Below are positions 1-10,144 of a stretch of DNA of 64,000 nt, in pieces (the first letter of the stretch is position 1; each line of letters opens with the position of its first letter). The stretch is from positions 24,833-88,832 of the forward strand of contig CABULC010000004.1 in the NCBI GenBank assembly GCA_902492325.1. Direction: 5' to 3'. The notes beneath the pieces were generated by a model. The model searched no databases, had not been told where the DNA came from, and saw only the letters and a program-made list of their open reading frames with translations. The position numbers and the translations under genes were made by a program. The stretch is from an uncultured Clostridium sp. Lineage in GTDB: Bacteria; Bacillota_I; Bacilli_A; RF39; UBA660.

Positions 1-1258
1 AAATTTCTATCATTTCTATATTTTGTGAAGCAGGAACACTAGTAATTTGAGTAACTGGTTCTACAGAACTAACTGTTTTAACCTCCTCTACAGGTTCTTG
101 ATTTACTACTTCTTCCTTAACTTCAACTTTAGTATCATTATTAGTAGCTTCTTCTACCTTCATATCATTAGTTTCTTCAGTACTTTGAAGTTCACTTCCC
201 TTTGGTATGAATGGATCTTCCTGCATCATAACACCTTGAGAAGCTAAATAATCTATCAAGTGTGATGTTGGATTATTATAAACTTCATTTTCCATCAAAT
301 CACGAGCATATAATACATTTACCTTAGCTTCATTAGTTTCATCATCTACATAAAATTCTACAACTTGAGTAATCTCTCTTTGAAACCTATTATATTTCTT
401 TGAGAAGAAACCTTTAACATGTATACCTAGTTGAATATATCTATGCATACCTTTAACAAATTGATCAATATCTTGACTACTTTCAAGTAGCGAATAAAGA
501 CGCATTGGAATACTTGAAGCTTTATCAGAGTGTATTGTTGATAAAATATTATGTCCTGAAGAAATTGAGTTACGAACAGCAAGAACTGCTTCCGCAGAAC
601 GAACCTCTGAAAGCAAAATCCATCTTGGGTTTTGACGCATACAAGCTACCAAAACATCTGAATATGAAGCAATATTATTTGTTTTCATTGCAACTATATC
701 ACGAGTTGGATAAATCTTATCTAAGTGAAGCTCTAATGTATCTTCTATAGTTATTATCTTTTCATCTTCCTTAATGTGACTAGCTAAATACTTAACTAGC
801 TCAGTTTTACCTGAACCAGTTTCTCCACTTACAAGTATATTACAGTGGCCACCAACACAAGTCATTAAGAAATCATGAAGTTTTAATGATACATAATCTT
901 CTTTGACTAACTTATCTTTATTTAATCTTATCTTTGCCGGAGTTTTTCTTATTAATACAGCTATTCCATTAGTAGCAATAGATTCATGTACAAAGTTAAG
1001 ACGTAACTCAGCGCTTTCGGCATCAAGTAATGGATGAGCCATATTAAATGTTTTACCCATAACGTTTGAACATTGAAACGCTAGTTTTTCCATTACTTCA
1101 TTATTAAGACCATCTATATGAGTAGGTTTAACACCTTGTGACAATGTTTTAATCCATAACTGGCCATTATTTGAGTATGAGATATCGGTAACATCATCAT
1201 CTTCTAAAAGAGGCATTAATAAACCAAAGTCTATTTGTGAAAATACAGCATCCTCCAT
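1..1258 (-). CDS. cpaF: Tad/Flp pilus assembly ATPase, CpaF/TadA (VirB11-like) family. The window holds the N-terminal ~420 aa; the gene continues past the window start.
   Basis: Reverse translation from an ATG at ~1258 (RBS aaggaagggaaaaagattaATG) reads MEDAVFSQIDFGLL... The motifs ILVSGETGSGKTEL (Walker A), IITIEDTLELHL, ILLSEVRSAEA and SSGHNILSTIHS match the CpaF family. No stop codon occurs down to position 1, and it is absent from the ORF track only because it is incomplete. Confidence 0.8.
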   Translation of the reverse strand, partial: MEDAVFSQIDFGLLMPLLEDDDVTDISYSNNGQLWIKTLSQGVKPTHIDGLNNEVMEKLAFQCSNVMGKTFNMAHPLLDAESAELRLNFVHESIATNGIAVLIRKTPAKIRLNKDKLVKEDYVSLKLHDFLMTCVGGHCNILVSGETGSGKTELVKYLASHIKEDEKIITIEDTLELHLDKIYPTRDIVAMKTNNIASYSDVLVACMRQNPRWILLSEVRSAEAVLAVRNSISSGHNILSTIHSDKASSIPMRLYSLLESSQDIDQFVKGMHRYIQLGIHVKGFFSKKYNRFQREITQVVEFYVDDETNEAKVNVLYARDLMENEVYNNPTSHLIDYLASQGVMMQEDPFIPKGSELQSTEETNDMKVEEATNNDTKVEVKEEVVNQEPVEEVKTVSSVEPVTQITSVPASQNIEMIEI

Positions 1259-1284
1259 TAATCTTTTTCCCTTCCTTCTTCTTT

Positions 1285-2151
1285 TTATTCAGTAATATCT
1301 ATATTATTGTCTCCACTATTATTATTGTTATTATTATTATTATTATTATCATTATTAGTATTATCACCATCAGTAGTTTCATCTATATAATCTAGCGGAA
1401 CTTCTCTAGTATTTTGTAATATTAAATTCTTTAAGTAATCACTACTAATAGTAGTAGTTGGATTATAATTAGCATTTCTAGGTATTGGTATTAAATTTTC
1501 AGAACCTGAAATAGCATAAGCCTTTCTAAATAATAAGTGTAAATCTTCAGGTACTGCAAATATAAACGCAGCAGCTTCAGTTTGAGAAGCACTCTTCTTA
1601 AAGATATGGTTTCCTTGACCATCTTTAACAGCAAGAATTTCAATACCCTCAATTAATTTTCCATAAACAAGCTTACCACTATCATATGTTGAATAATATA
1701 AGTCTATTTTATCTCCCGGGAATATTGAGTTACCATATGTTGTCTTTTCATTAACTGGGAAAGAAACAACAGTATAACCTTCTGGTATATTACTCCATGC
1801 TGAATCAGGCATTGTATCCCAAGTTACTACGGATGATGCATAAAATAAACTACCAGCAGGAATAAATGTATTATAGTTTACATACTTACCAATAACATTA
1901 GCATCACTTGTAATAACATTGTCAGTAACCATAGATGAAGCAACTTTAACAATTCCAACATCTTCTTGTGTTATTTCAGATCTTGCTTTAATATCTCTTA
2001 AAGCATAAGGAACACTAATAGCATTAATTGCTTTGTCAACTCTATATCTATATGCAAAGAACAAAATAACTAAACATAAGACACCTGCAGCTATAGTAAC
2101 AACACCTTTATTACCTAAAAGTTTTTTTAATGGATTAGTTTTAGTTTGCAT
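1285..2151 (-). CDS. CpaB/RcpC-like Flp pilus assembly protein (N-terminal TM plus SAF-like domain), paralog B. The C-terminus carries a poly-Asn tract.
   Basis: N-terminal TM VVTIAAGVLCLVILFFAY is followed by a SAF-like motif VKVASSMVTDNVITSDANVIGKYV...PAGSL. It sits immediately upstream of cpaF on the same strand. The C-terminus reads DNNNNNNNNNNSGDNN. Confidence 0.55.
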   Translation of the reverse strand: MQTKTNPLKKLLGNKGVVTIAAGVLCLVILFFAYRYRVDKAINAISVPYALRDIKARSEITQEDVGIVKVASSMVTDNVITSDANVIGKYVNYNTFIPAGSLFYASSVVTWDTMPDSAWSNIPEGYTVVSFPVNEKTTYGNSIFPGDKIDLYYSTYDSGKLVYGKLIEGIEILAVKDGQGNHIFKKSASQTEAAAFIFAVPEDLHLLFRKAYAISGSENLIPIPRNANYNPTTTISSDYLKNLILQNTREVPLDYIDETTDGDNTNNDNNNNNNNNNNSGDNNIDITE

Positions 2152-2956
2152 CAGTTACACCTCCGCTTACATTAATATTCTTTAAATCTTCTTCTTTAAC
2201 ATCAACAGTTTGAGATAATATTAAATTTTGAAGATATGAACTAACAATACGTGTTTCTTTAGGGTTTTCAGAATACTTAGCATTTCTTGGTACTGGGAAT
2301 AGCGTACCTCCGACATACATAGTTTTTCTTAATAATAAGTGCATTTCTTCAGGAACATTAAATATTAAATATTCAGGTTGTGCCGAACCATCAGTATTTT
2401 CAAATATATTATTAAATGAAGCATCAGTAACAGCCATTACTCTAATACTTTCAATAAATTTTCCTACTAATAACTTGCCATCATAATCATCACCAGAATA
2501 ATATAAATCAATATAGTTTCCTGGGAATATTGAGTTACCATATGTTGATTCCATTGAAACAGGTAATGCTACAATTGTATTTCCTTCAGGAATATTGCCA
2601 TAAATACTAGTTGGTAATTCTTCCCATGTTAATAATGTATTTGCATAAAATAAACTATTAATTGGAATATCAACTTCGTTACTTACATACTTACCAATTA
2701 TTAAACTTGATTCAGTAATAACATTAGCAGTTACAATACTTCCTGGAACCTTTCTTGTACCAACCATATCTTCAGTTATAAGTGTTCTAGGTGGTAATTC
2801 TTTAATAGCATAAGGAACCATAGTTGGTTGTGTAGCCTTTTTAATTCTATATGAATAAGCAAAATATATAATAACTAAACAAACAACAACAGCAAAAATA
2901 GTAACAGTATTTTTATTCTTAAAAAATCTTTTAACCCCTACCATAATATTATTCAT
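2141..2956 (-). CDS. CpaB/RcpC-like Flp pilus assembly protein, paralog A
   Basis: Same architecture as 1285..2151 (TM TVTIFAVVVCLVIIYFAY; VPGSIVTANVITESSLIIGKYV; YGNSIFPGNYIDLYY). The tandem paralogs overlap by 11 nt. Confidence 0.55.
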   Translation of the reverse strand: MNNIMVGVKRFFKNKNTVTIFAVVVCLVIIYFAYSYRIKKATQPTMVPYAIKELPPRTLITEDMVGTRKVPGSIVTANVITESSLIIGKYVSNEVDIPINSLFYANTLLTWEELPTSIYGNIPEGNTIVALPVSMESTYGNSIFPGNYIDLYYSGDDYDGKLLVGKFIESIRVMAVTDASFNNIFENTDGSAQPEYLIFNVPEEMHLLLRKTMYVGGTLFPVPRNAKYSENPKETRIVSSYLQNLILSQTVDVKEEDLKNINVSGGVTDAN

Positions 2957-3024
2957 TCTTTATTCCTCCAAATTTCATATCACTCTATTCTAATTAATTA
3001 TAGCACACTAATATCTATTTTTTC

Positions 3025-3064
3025 AATATAGGAAAACAAAATAAAAGAGAAAATATTTTCTCTT
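3025..3064 (-). terminator. Rho-independent terminator separating the upstream surface-protein operon from the Tad genes
   Basis: Palindrome agagaaaat/attttctct at ~3045-3062, followed on the minus-strand RNA by UUUUAUUUUGUUUU. Confidence 0.5.
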
Positions 3065-3754
3065 TTACATCTCTATTTTAGCAATCATATATTTATTAAT
3101 ATCTTTTAGTAAATATGAAGCATATAAATTACCATTGGAATCATAAAGTAATATCACATCTTTATAAGATTCTCTAATTTTATACTTTTTATTATCATAT
3201 TCATTCATTATATTAATTGAAGAATCAATAGCTTCTTTTATCTTAGCATCAGATAATTTAATCTTTTCTTTGAATTCTTCTTGACTTAACATTTTACCTT
3301 CTTTTATATCATAAATATATGATGTTGTAGGTATTGGATCATTTTTATCATCACAAACATAATAACCATTTCTAACTACACCAAATGTAACAAAGTCATC
3401 ATTTGTATATTGATAATAATTAGAATTAACAAAATATTTATATTTAATATTCTCTTTACAAACTTCATCTTCAACTTCAGAATTTAAAGTTTTCTCACGA
3501 TACTTTTTAGTATCTTCATTAATAGTATTTAAAGCATCCTTTAGTTCCTTAACATCAGTTGAATAACTCATATTTCCAAAATATGTTGTAGCAGTAACAG
3601 GGCACGTAGATTCATCATCACATATCTTTACATATTCTAATTCTTTTAAATCATAATCAATTTTTTTAAAGTCTTCACTTGTATTTTTCTTGCCACATCC
3701 AGTAAGTGAAACAAGAATTAACAAGGAAAAAAACAATATAGAATTTTTTTTCAT
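3065..3754 (-). CDS. Lipoprotein, function unknown
   Basis: Signal peptide with lipobox LTGC (MKKNSILFFSLLILVSLTGCGKK). Confidence 0.55.
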   Translation of the reverse strand: MKKNSILFFSLLILVSLTGCGKKNTSEDFKKIDYDLKELEYVKICDDESTCPVTATTYFGNMSYSTDVKELKDALNTINEDTKKYREKTLNSEVEDEVCKENIKYKYFVNSNYYQYTNDDFVTFGVVRNGYYVCDDKNDPIPTTSYIYDIKEGKMLSQEEFKEKIKLSDAKIKEAIDSSINIMNEYDNKKYKIRESYKDVILLYDSNGNLYASYLLKDINKYMIAKIEM

Positions 3755-3767
3755 TTATTACCTCCTA

Positions 3768-5189
3768 TTAAGGACAATCAGCTGGTTCACAATCGTCAGT
3801 TCTACTAGCATCATATAAACAATTACTATAAATCCAAAAATACTCATCACCATAATATGAACTGTAATATTTTTCACCAGTTGGAGATTGTGATTCTGAT
3901 TTAATTAACTTAACATATGTCATGCCATTAACCTCTTTTATCTTATAAAGTCTTGCTTGTTTCTTTACAGTACCAGCATATAAACTATTTGTATTAGATT
4001 CCTTATATGCATAAACATTTCCATCTCTACAAAATCTTACTTTAGAGCAACCTTCTGGATTTTCTTTACTACAAGCAGAACTCCATACCGCATAAATTGT
4101 AGTATTAGATGTAAATGCTGTATTTGAATTTACATTAACACTTCCGCCATTAGTTTTAGACCATCCTGCAAAAGTATAACCACTTCTACTTGGTTTACAT
4201 AAGTCGCCAACTTTAACATTATACTCAATTGTTTTCACAGTACATCCACTGCCACCTGTATTATTATAAGTTAATGTTAATTTTTTAGGTTTCCAACAAG
4301 CATAATATTTCATATCTTTGGTTATTGTAGTTGTTGTTTCAGCTTTAGTTCCCTTGCATCCAGTTTGATCATACCAACCATTAAAATCATATCCGTCTTT
4401 CTTTGGTGTACACAAGGTTCCTAATTCAGAACCATTAGTTAAACTCTTAGTATCACATTTTGTACCACCAACACTATCGAATTCAACAACCTTATTCTTA
4501 CATGCAGGCTTACTAACTGTTAATTCTTTTCTCTTTACATAAATAGTGCTTCCTTGATATATAACTTTACAATATTCATCACCACTGAAATATTTTTTAC
4601 ATACAGAATTTATTCCATCAGTTTCATTTTTGTATTTTACTGAATCATATTTTAATAATACAGTAGCACCACGAGTTAAATCATATTGATATACACTTCC
4701 ATTAAGATTATATCCATCAGCAGTTGCATTACAGATTATATATCTTTTTACAGATTTAGTTGTAACCTTTTGTTCATTAGAAGTACTATAAATAGTTTCT
4801 AAAATTCCTGTTACTAATGTATCTAAATTTATATCAAATGATTCATTATCAAGTTCTGTAGTACCAGCTCTAGTTCTAATTTTTATGGTAGCCTTAGGTG
4901 GCTCCTCATATATATCATAAAAACTAATTTGATATGTTTTATTATTTGTTACAGATTCAGAGAATCTTCTTAAGAATACCTCAACAAATTTTTGTTCAGA
5001 CATTACTAATTTACCGGTAGTACGGTAAGTGCCATAATCGACAGCGTCGATCATAGCAGCTTCCATAACCTCTCTAGCTAAGTAAAAGTCTTCTTCAGTT
5101 GTTGTAGTCATTCTTTGTATCAATAACATTATTACGATAATAGCAAGTCCCATTGCAATTACGAAATAACCCCAAAACGAATGTTTCAT
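3768..5189 (-). CDS. N-terminally membrane-anchored surface protein with Listeria/Bacteroides-type Flg_new repeats
   Basis: N-terminal TM FVIAMGLAIIVIMLLI. Repeats KDGYDFNGWYD... and RSGYTFAGWSKT...TTIYAVW are typical of PF09479-like repeats. Confidence 0.55.
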   Translation of the reverse strand: MKHSFWGYFVIAMGLAIIVIMLLIQRMTTTTEEDFYLAREVMEAAMIDAVDYGTYRTTGKLVMSEQKFVEVFLRRFSESVTNNKTYQISFYDIYEEPPKATIKIRTRAGTTELDNESFDINLDTLVTGILETIYSTSNEQKVTTKSVKRYIICNATADGYNLNGSVYQYDLTRGATVLLKYDSVKYKNETDGINSVCKKYFSGDEYCKVIYQGSTIYVKRKELTVSKPACKNKVVEFDSVGGTKCDTKSLTNGSELGTLCTPKKDGYDFNGWYDQTGCKGTKAETTTTITKDMKYYACWKPKKLTLTYNNTGGSGCTVKTIEYNVKVGDLCKPSRSGYTFAGWSKTNGGSVNVNSNTAFTSNTTIYAVWSSACSKENPEGCSKVRFCRDGNVYAYKESNTNSLYAGTVKKQARLYKIKEVNGMTYVKLIKSESQSPTGEKYYSSYYGDEYFWIYSNCLYDASRTDDCEPADCP

Positions 5190-5202
5190 ACTCTACTACC
5201 TC

Positions 5203-8200
5203 CTAACTCTTACTTCCGCTTACTTTAATATCACCGAATTTACCATTTTTAACTTCATTTAAGAATGAACTCTTACATTCAGTGAAAGCTTTTAATCCAC
5301 CAGCATCATTTACCATCTTACAATTAGATAATGTTTCATTTAGATATCCACCATTAGAATTTTGAGAAGAGTTATAATCTCTTATTTGTCTAATATTACT
5401 TGGTGTTAATACATATCTATATTCTAAATAATCATCAGTTGTATAAATAGTATCAGCAGTTTTTTCAATTGCATCTATAACATCAGTCTTACTACTCCAG
5501 TTAATACCAGTGTCTCTAATATTTTCTCCTGGGAATAAGTTGCCAACATCAACGTTTCTATAAATAAATCCATATGTTTTAGAATTGGTATCTTTTGGTG
5601 TCCAAACATCACACGAATCAGTTATAACAGGAACACCATCTTTTAATTCATAACAAGGGTTTTTACATTTAGTTAAATCTGTTACACCATCTTCATTAGT
5701 TTCACAGTCATAATATTTAGTTGTGTTATAAACTTCATAATTACATGCATATTCAAAGTCAAACTTATCATTAGATGTTAATCCTAAATTAGAATATTTA
5801 TGTTTAACATCATATGAACCAGTTGAACCAATGTCTTTACCATTTTTATCTTTTCTTGTTTTATTACTTACAGGGAATACTTCTTTTCCAAGTGGAGTAC
5901 TATCTCCTGCACTAGCAGAACCATCATCTTCACTTACAATACCTGTATAAACAGATGTTTTATAAGATTTAGGTTGCCAGAAATCAGCTTCAGTAACTGT
6001 AATGAATGTAGCATAATCATTTGTTGGTAATGTAATAGTTTTAGTAGAACAAGTAGCACTAGTTCCAACACCAGAACATACAATTCTATCAACAGAACCA
6101 GTTTTATTAGTGTTTTCAATTTCTACTTCTTCATCTTGCTTATATTCATAACACTTAATTTTATTGCCATCATTCTTGCAATAATAGTTATTGTTTAAAA
6201 CAGAAGGAACATTATCAACATTTTTACTAAATTCAGTATTAGCTCCATAATCATCTTCATATCCAAGAATTAATGATACGCAATCTTCTTTAGTTTTACA
6301 ATAAGCTTGTTTAAGTAAGTAATCTTTAATTGTACCACTAGCATTAGAATTAGTTGGTGAAACACTAGTTTCAGAAGTATGATATGTAGCTTTTAAATCA
6401 GTATAGAAACGTGAAATCTTTTCTGCGAAAGTCTTTTTATTTTCAGTAGAATCTACATAGAAATTACAACTTTGTAAATCATAATATAATTGCTCAACAG
6501 CTTTAACAGCAGCTTTAAAGTTATTCCATGCTTCTTTTTCATCGTTTCTTAAAGTACCATCTTTTCCCATATTAGTACTTTCCACATCATTATATGCAGT
6601 ACCATTTGTACATGTAGAACTAGTACTCTTCGTAGAATAACAATTACATTTATAAGTTGTTTTTTTAGGTTTGCAGCCTTTTGGTGCCTTAGGTCCACAC
6701 GTTACGCCATCATGACAACTACAAGTTTTAGCATAAACACACCTCTCAGCACCACATGTTGTACCAGTATTAGGTTTACCAGCCATCAAAGTAGTTGATG
6801 ATTGTGAAGGTTTACTTAATGAACATGTAACTTTACCATTACTAGTAGAACAATTACTCTTTAAATTCCAATTATTATAATTTTTATATTTAACAGTATA
6901 TGTATCTACTCCATTGGATACACAATTATAATTAGTGTACTTAGGCCATGTATAAATCTTCTTTGCTCCACATACATTTGTTGCAGAATCTGTACATTTA
7001 GTATTTTGTGTTCTCGTACAACTAGATGCACCTACCTTACTCTTCTTTTCGCAAGCTGTAAAGTATCTATCAGAAGCTGTTGCTTTATATTCCCAATCGT
7101 ATAATACTTCTATTTTCTTCCATTCATTATATTTAGTGAGCATATTTTTAACAGCAGCATTATATAGGTCTAACCATGTTTGACCATCAGCATTCTTTTT
7201 ATTGTAATATATTTCACTAGTACACTGCCTCTTTTGAAGAACTATACTTGTTAATTTATGATTAGTAGTTAAAACTTTATCAATATCGCCTTCGCCTTCA
7301 ATTACTTTAGATGCGATATCATAACTAAATTGCATTCCTGCATATACTTTAGTTTTATTTGCTAAGTAGAAAGTTAACTCTTTTCTACAATAAATATTAC
7401 ATACCTTACTATTAGCACCAGTTTCTTTAGTATAACTGAAGTCTTCTTTCTTACTTGGATCACATGCATTTAAGATACAGTTCATGTAAGGATCTTCATA
7501 AGTCGCTTTTTCATATGTATCATAAGCACCAGCACCTTGTATTCCATAACCTTCACAAGTATTTTTTAAATAACCTTTTGCTTTAAAATTATCACAATAT
7601 TTTTTAGGGTCACAATAACAAGGAACCTTTATAGTATAATGATAAGTTGAGAAACTACTAGAATTTTCACCATTAACATTTTCAACTTCATTTCTTTTTT
7701 CGTTAAATGCAAATGTAAGCATTATTTGAGAAGCATCAGCTCCACTAGCATTATAGTATTGACGAACATAGCCACCCCTACTATAACCTTTAAGTCCTAA
7801 ATCAAGTGTTAATTTTGATTCTGTTTTAACAATTTTTCCACCTGTTCTAGAACATTCTTTTCTTTTTGCTTTTATAACGAAATCGCAAGTTTCTTTTCCT
7901 TCACATTTAGCATCTTCTATTAATGTATTAACAATTTTACCATTTTCATCTTTTAATTCGGCATAAACTTTGCAATCTGATCTTTTATTTAAAATTTCTT
8001 GCTTAGTACAATCAACCATCTTTTCTTGGAATGTCTCTGGAATTTCAGCAACTATAGTATAAGTTGCATCACCATCATCAGTATTTGAAGATTGTGAGAA
8101 AGTAGGATTAGTTGCTGTATTAGATTCATATTTAACAAACTCGTGTTCACCTTTTAAAGCATAATTAAATAATTCAATAGCTTTTTGATATCTTTTATAT

Positions 8201-9363
8201 TTATCATATGTACATAATACACCACGTCCAGGATTAGAATTACATGCAACACCAGTATATCCACTTGCTGCCTTATTTGCAGTCTTTAAATATGCATCTG
8301 TTCTTGTAACAACATTATATTCATCTTCTGCTTCACCTAAACCTGTTACTATTTCACCATCAGATAAGGTGATAGCTCCTTTAGCAGCATAAGCAACCCA
8401 CATTCTAAGTGCAGTAGTAATTTCTGGATAATCATATTTTCCATTATCTACAAATTTAACAGAACCATCAGAATATGTTCCATCTTCTTTAACTGTTTGA
8501 TATAAAATATCAGCAAATCCACAGAAATAATGGTTTTCTGTTTTACATCTAGACAAATCAAAATCTTGATTCAAACAATATTCAGTTCCACCATTAGCTT
8601 CAGTCCTAGGTCCAACCTTACCTGGTTGAATACAATAAGTTTTATCACCATCATCTGTAATATATTTATATATAGCTAATGGGAAATTTCCTATTTTCCA
8701 ACTCTCATCAACACCAGAAGTAACAGTTTTAGCTTTCCAAACATATCCATATTTTACATTGTTCGAACTAAAATTATCATTACTAACACATGAGTTACCA
8801 CATTTTTTAGTAGTAGCCTTACAAGTACCGCAACTAGAAGCACTCGCTCCAACACATGTTTTAAATGTTGTTGTACATCTATATTTTATGCAATTTTTTG
8901 TACAATTCGATTTAAATGTATATGATTTACCATCAAGTGAACATACATGATTTGCAAATTTATCAGAGCATGTTCCAGTAGTTACCTTATTCCAATAACC
9001 AGATATCGTATAAGTATGATTTTGACATGCATATTCACTACTAAACGAAGCACCTTGACAATAATACTTATTAGAAACATATCGGTAAGATCTTAAACAA
9101 ACTATTTTACCATTCTTATAATTAGTAGTTTTTCTACATGCTTCCAATGCTTCTCTAGAGGTATCCCATCTTGCACCAGATTGGTGTTCATCACCATAAG
9201 AAACCTTTTCCCAAGTTTTTTTATCTAAATATTCTTGTTCATAATACCCAACAATAACGCCCTGACCAGCAGAATTAATCTTAAGGCATTCTTTGGCACC
9301 AACACCACTTAGGCAAAAAAGAAAAGAAAATATAATTAATACTTTTAAAAACTTCTTTTTCAT
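5203..9363 (-). CDS. Large (1386 aa) secreted, extremely Cys-rich protein of unknown function
   Basis: Sec-type signal peptide MKKKFLKVLIIFSFLFCLSGVGA. Dozens of Cys residues are spread through the sequence. There is no C-terminal TM or sorting motif and no recognisable catalytic motif. Confidence 0.55.
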   Translation of the reverse strand: MKKKFLKVLIIFSFLFCLSGVGAKECLKINSAGQGVIVGYYEQEYLDKKTWEKVSYGDEHQSGARWDTSREALEACRKTTNYKNGKIVCLRSYRYVSNKYYCQGASFSSEYACQNHTYTISGYWNKVTTGTCSDKFANHVCSLDGKSYTFKSNCTKNCIKYRCTTTFKTCVGASASSCGTCKATTKKCGNSCVSNDNFSSNNVKYGYVWKAKTVTSGVDESWKIGNFPLAIYKYITDDGDKTYCIQPGKVGPRTEANGGTEYCLNQDFDLSRCKTENHYFCGFADILYQTVKEDGTYSDGSVKFVDNGKYDYPEITTALRMWVAYAAKGAITLSDGEIVTGLGEAEDEYNVVTRTDAYLKTANKAASGYTGVACNSNPGRGVLCTYDKYKRYQKAIELFNYALKGEHEFVKYESNTATNPTFSQSSNTDDGDATYTIVAEIPETFQEKMVDCTKQEILNKRSDCKVYAELKDENGKIVNTLIEDAKCEGKETCDFVIKAKRKECSRTGGKIVKTESKLTLDLGLKGYSRGGYVRQYYNASGADASQIMLTFAFNEKRNEVENVNGENSSSFSTYHYTIKVPCYCDPKKYCDNFKAKGYLKNTCEGYGIQGAGAYDTYEKATYEDPYMNCILNACDPSKKEDFSYTKETGANSKVCNIYCRKELTFYLANKTKVYAGMQFSYDIASKVIEGEGDIDKVLTTNHKLTSIVLQKRQCTSEIYYNKKNADGQTWLDLYNAAVKNMLTKYNEWKKIEVLYDWEYKATASDRYFTACEKKSKVGASSCTRTQNTKCTDSATNVCGAKKIYTWPKYTNYNCVSNGVDTYTVKYKNYNNWNLKSNCSTSNGKVTCSLSKPSQSSTTLMAGKPNTGTTCGAERCVYAKTCSCHDGVTCGPKAPKGCKPKKTTYKCNCYSTKSTSSTCTNGTAYNDVESTNMGKDGTLRNDEKEAWNNFKAAVKAVEQLYYDLQSCNFYVDSTENKKTFAEKISRFYTDLKATYHTSETSVSPTNSNASGTIKDYLLKQAYCKTKEDCVSLILGYEDDYGANTEFSKNVDNVPSVLNNNYYCKNDGNKIKCYEYKQDEEVEIENTNKTGSVDRIVCSGVGTSATCSTKTITLPTNDYATFITVTEADFWQPKSYKTSVYTGIVSEDDGSASAGDSTPLGKEVFPVSNKTRKDKNGKDIGSTGSYDVKHKYSNLGLTSNDKFDFEYACNYEVYNTTKYYDCETNEDGVTDLTKCKNPCYELKDGVPVITDSCDVWTPKDTNSKTYGFIYRNVDVGNLFPGENIRDTGINWSSKTDVIDAIEKTADTIYTTDDYLEYRYVLTPSNIRQIRDYNSSQNSNGGYLNETLSNCKMVNDAGGLKAFTECKSSFLNEVKNGKFGDIKVSGSKS

Positions 9364-10056
9364 TTAATTCACCTTCTTTTTCTTTTCCATATAAATTGTA
9401 ATTCCATAAAATATTGAAATTAAAACTATAGGTATAACAGCATAATAACAATACTTCTTTATATATAACCAAAGTTTAGCAGACCATGACATATTTTTTA
9501 TTTCTTCGGCTGAATTTTGTTTGGCAACATAAGCATTAAACTCTTCTTCAGTCATTGTACCAGCATCAGAATCAAATAAACATTTTTCATCTCCAGGATT
9601 ATTAATACAAAATTCAGTAGTCATATATTTATTATATGGATTTGCCTCATAAGTTAAAGTTTTTAACTTCTCATTAGGACAAGCACTATTGCTACTACCA
9701 TATATTGTAATAGTATATTTCTTTTTCTTATTGTGTATTTTTGATCCAATAGCCACAGTACTAAAATCAGAATTAGGATATACAGTATACTCTTCATTTG
9801 TTAAAGAATCTCTAACCTTAGCGTAAATTATATTTGCTTGAGGATACACTAATAAATAATAATGATATTCTTTTTTATGAGTACCTATTAGATTTCCTTC
9901 TTCATCATAAGTATCCATATCTTGGTCTTCAATAGCTTCTATTCTAGCGCTCTCAGCCCAACTATTCAATTGTTCATCTTCGCAAACAGCTAATACTTTA
10001 TCACTGAAAACAAAAACAAGCATTAAGCTAAATAATAGAAATTTTACTTTCTTCAT
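9364..10056 (-). CDS. Small exported protein with a C-terminal TM and a basic tail
   Basis: Signal peptide MKKVKFLLFSLMLVFVFS. C-terminal AVIPIVLISIFYGITIY followed by EKKKKVN. Confidence 0.4.
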   Translation of the reverse strand: MKKVKFLLFSLMLVFVFSDKVLAVCEDEQLNSWAESARIEAIEDQDMDTYDEEGNLIGTHKKEYHYYLLVYPQANIIYAKVRDSLTNEEYTVYPNSDFSTVAIGSKIHNKKKKYTITIYGSSNSACPNEKLKTLTYEANPYNKYMTTEFCINNPGDEKCLFDSDAGTMTEEEFNAYVAKQNSAEEIKNMSWSAKLWLYIKKYCYYAVIPIVLISIFYGITIYMEKKKKVN

Positions 10057-10144
10057 AATTCACCTACTCTTCTATTCAAAATTATAACATAAATGCATTT
10101 TCGTTTTCAATAGATTATAACAAATAAAAAGAGAAATAAATCTC

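Noticed and set aside
47-750. Plus-strand ORFs 47..247 and 505..750
   Set aside because: They lie antisense within the cpaF coding region, which has strong family motifs on the minus strand. Their composition is low-complexity F/I/L-rich, typical of AT-rich shadow frames.
5203-9363. 1386-aa Cys-rich protein as an RHS/YD-repeat or polymorphic toxin
   Set aside because: No YD/RHS repeat periodicity, no C-terminal toxin-immunity pair, and no PT-HINT or other signature, so it is kept as unclassified.
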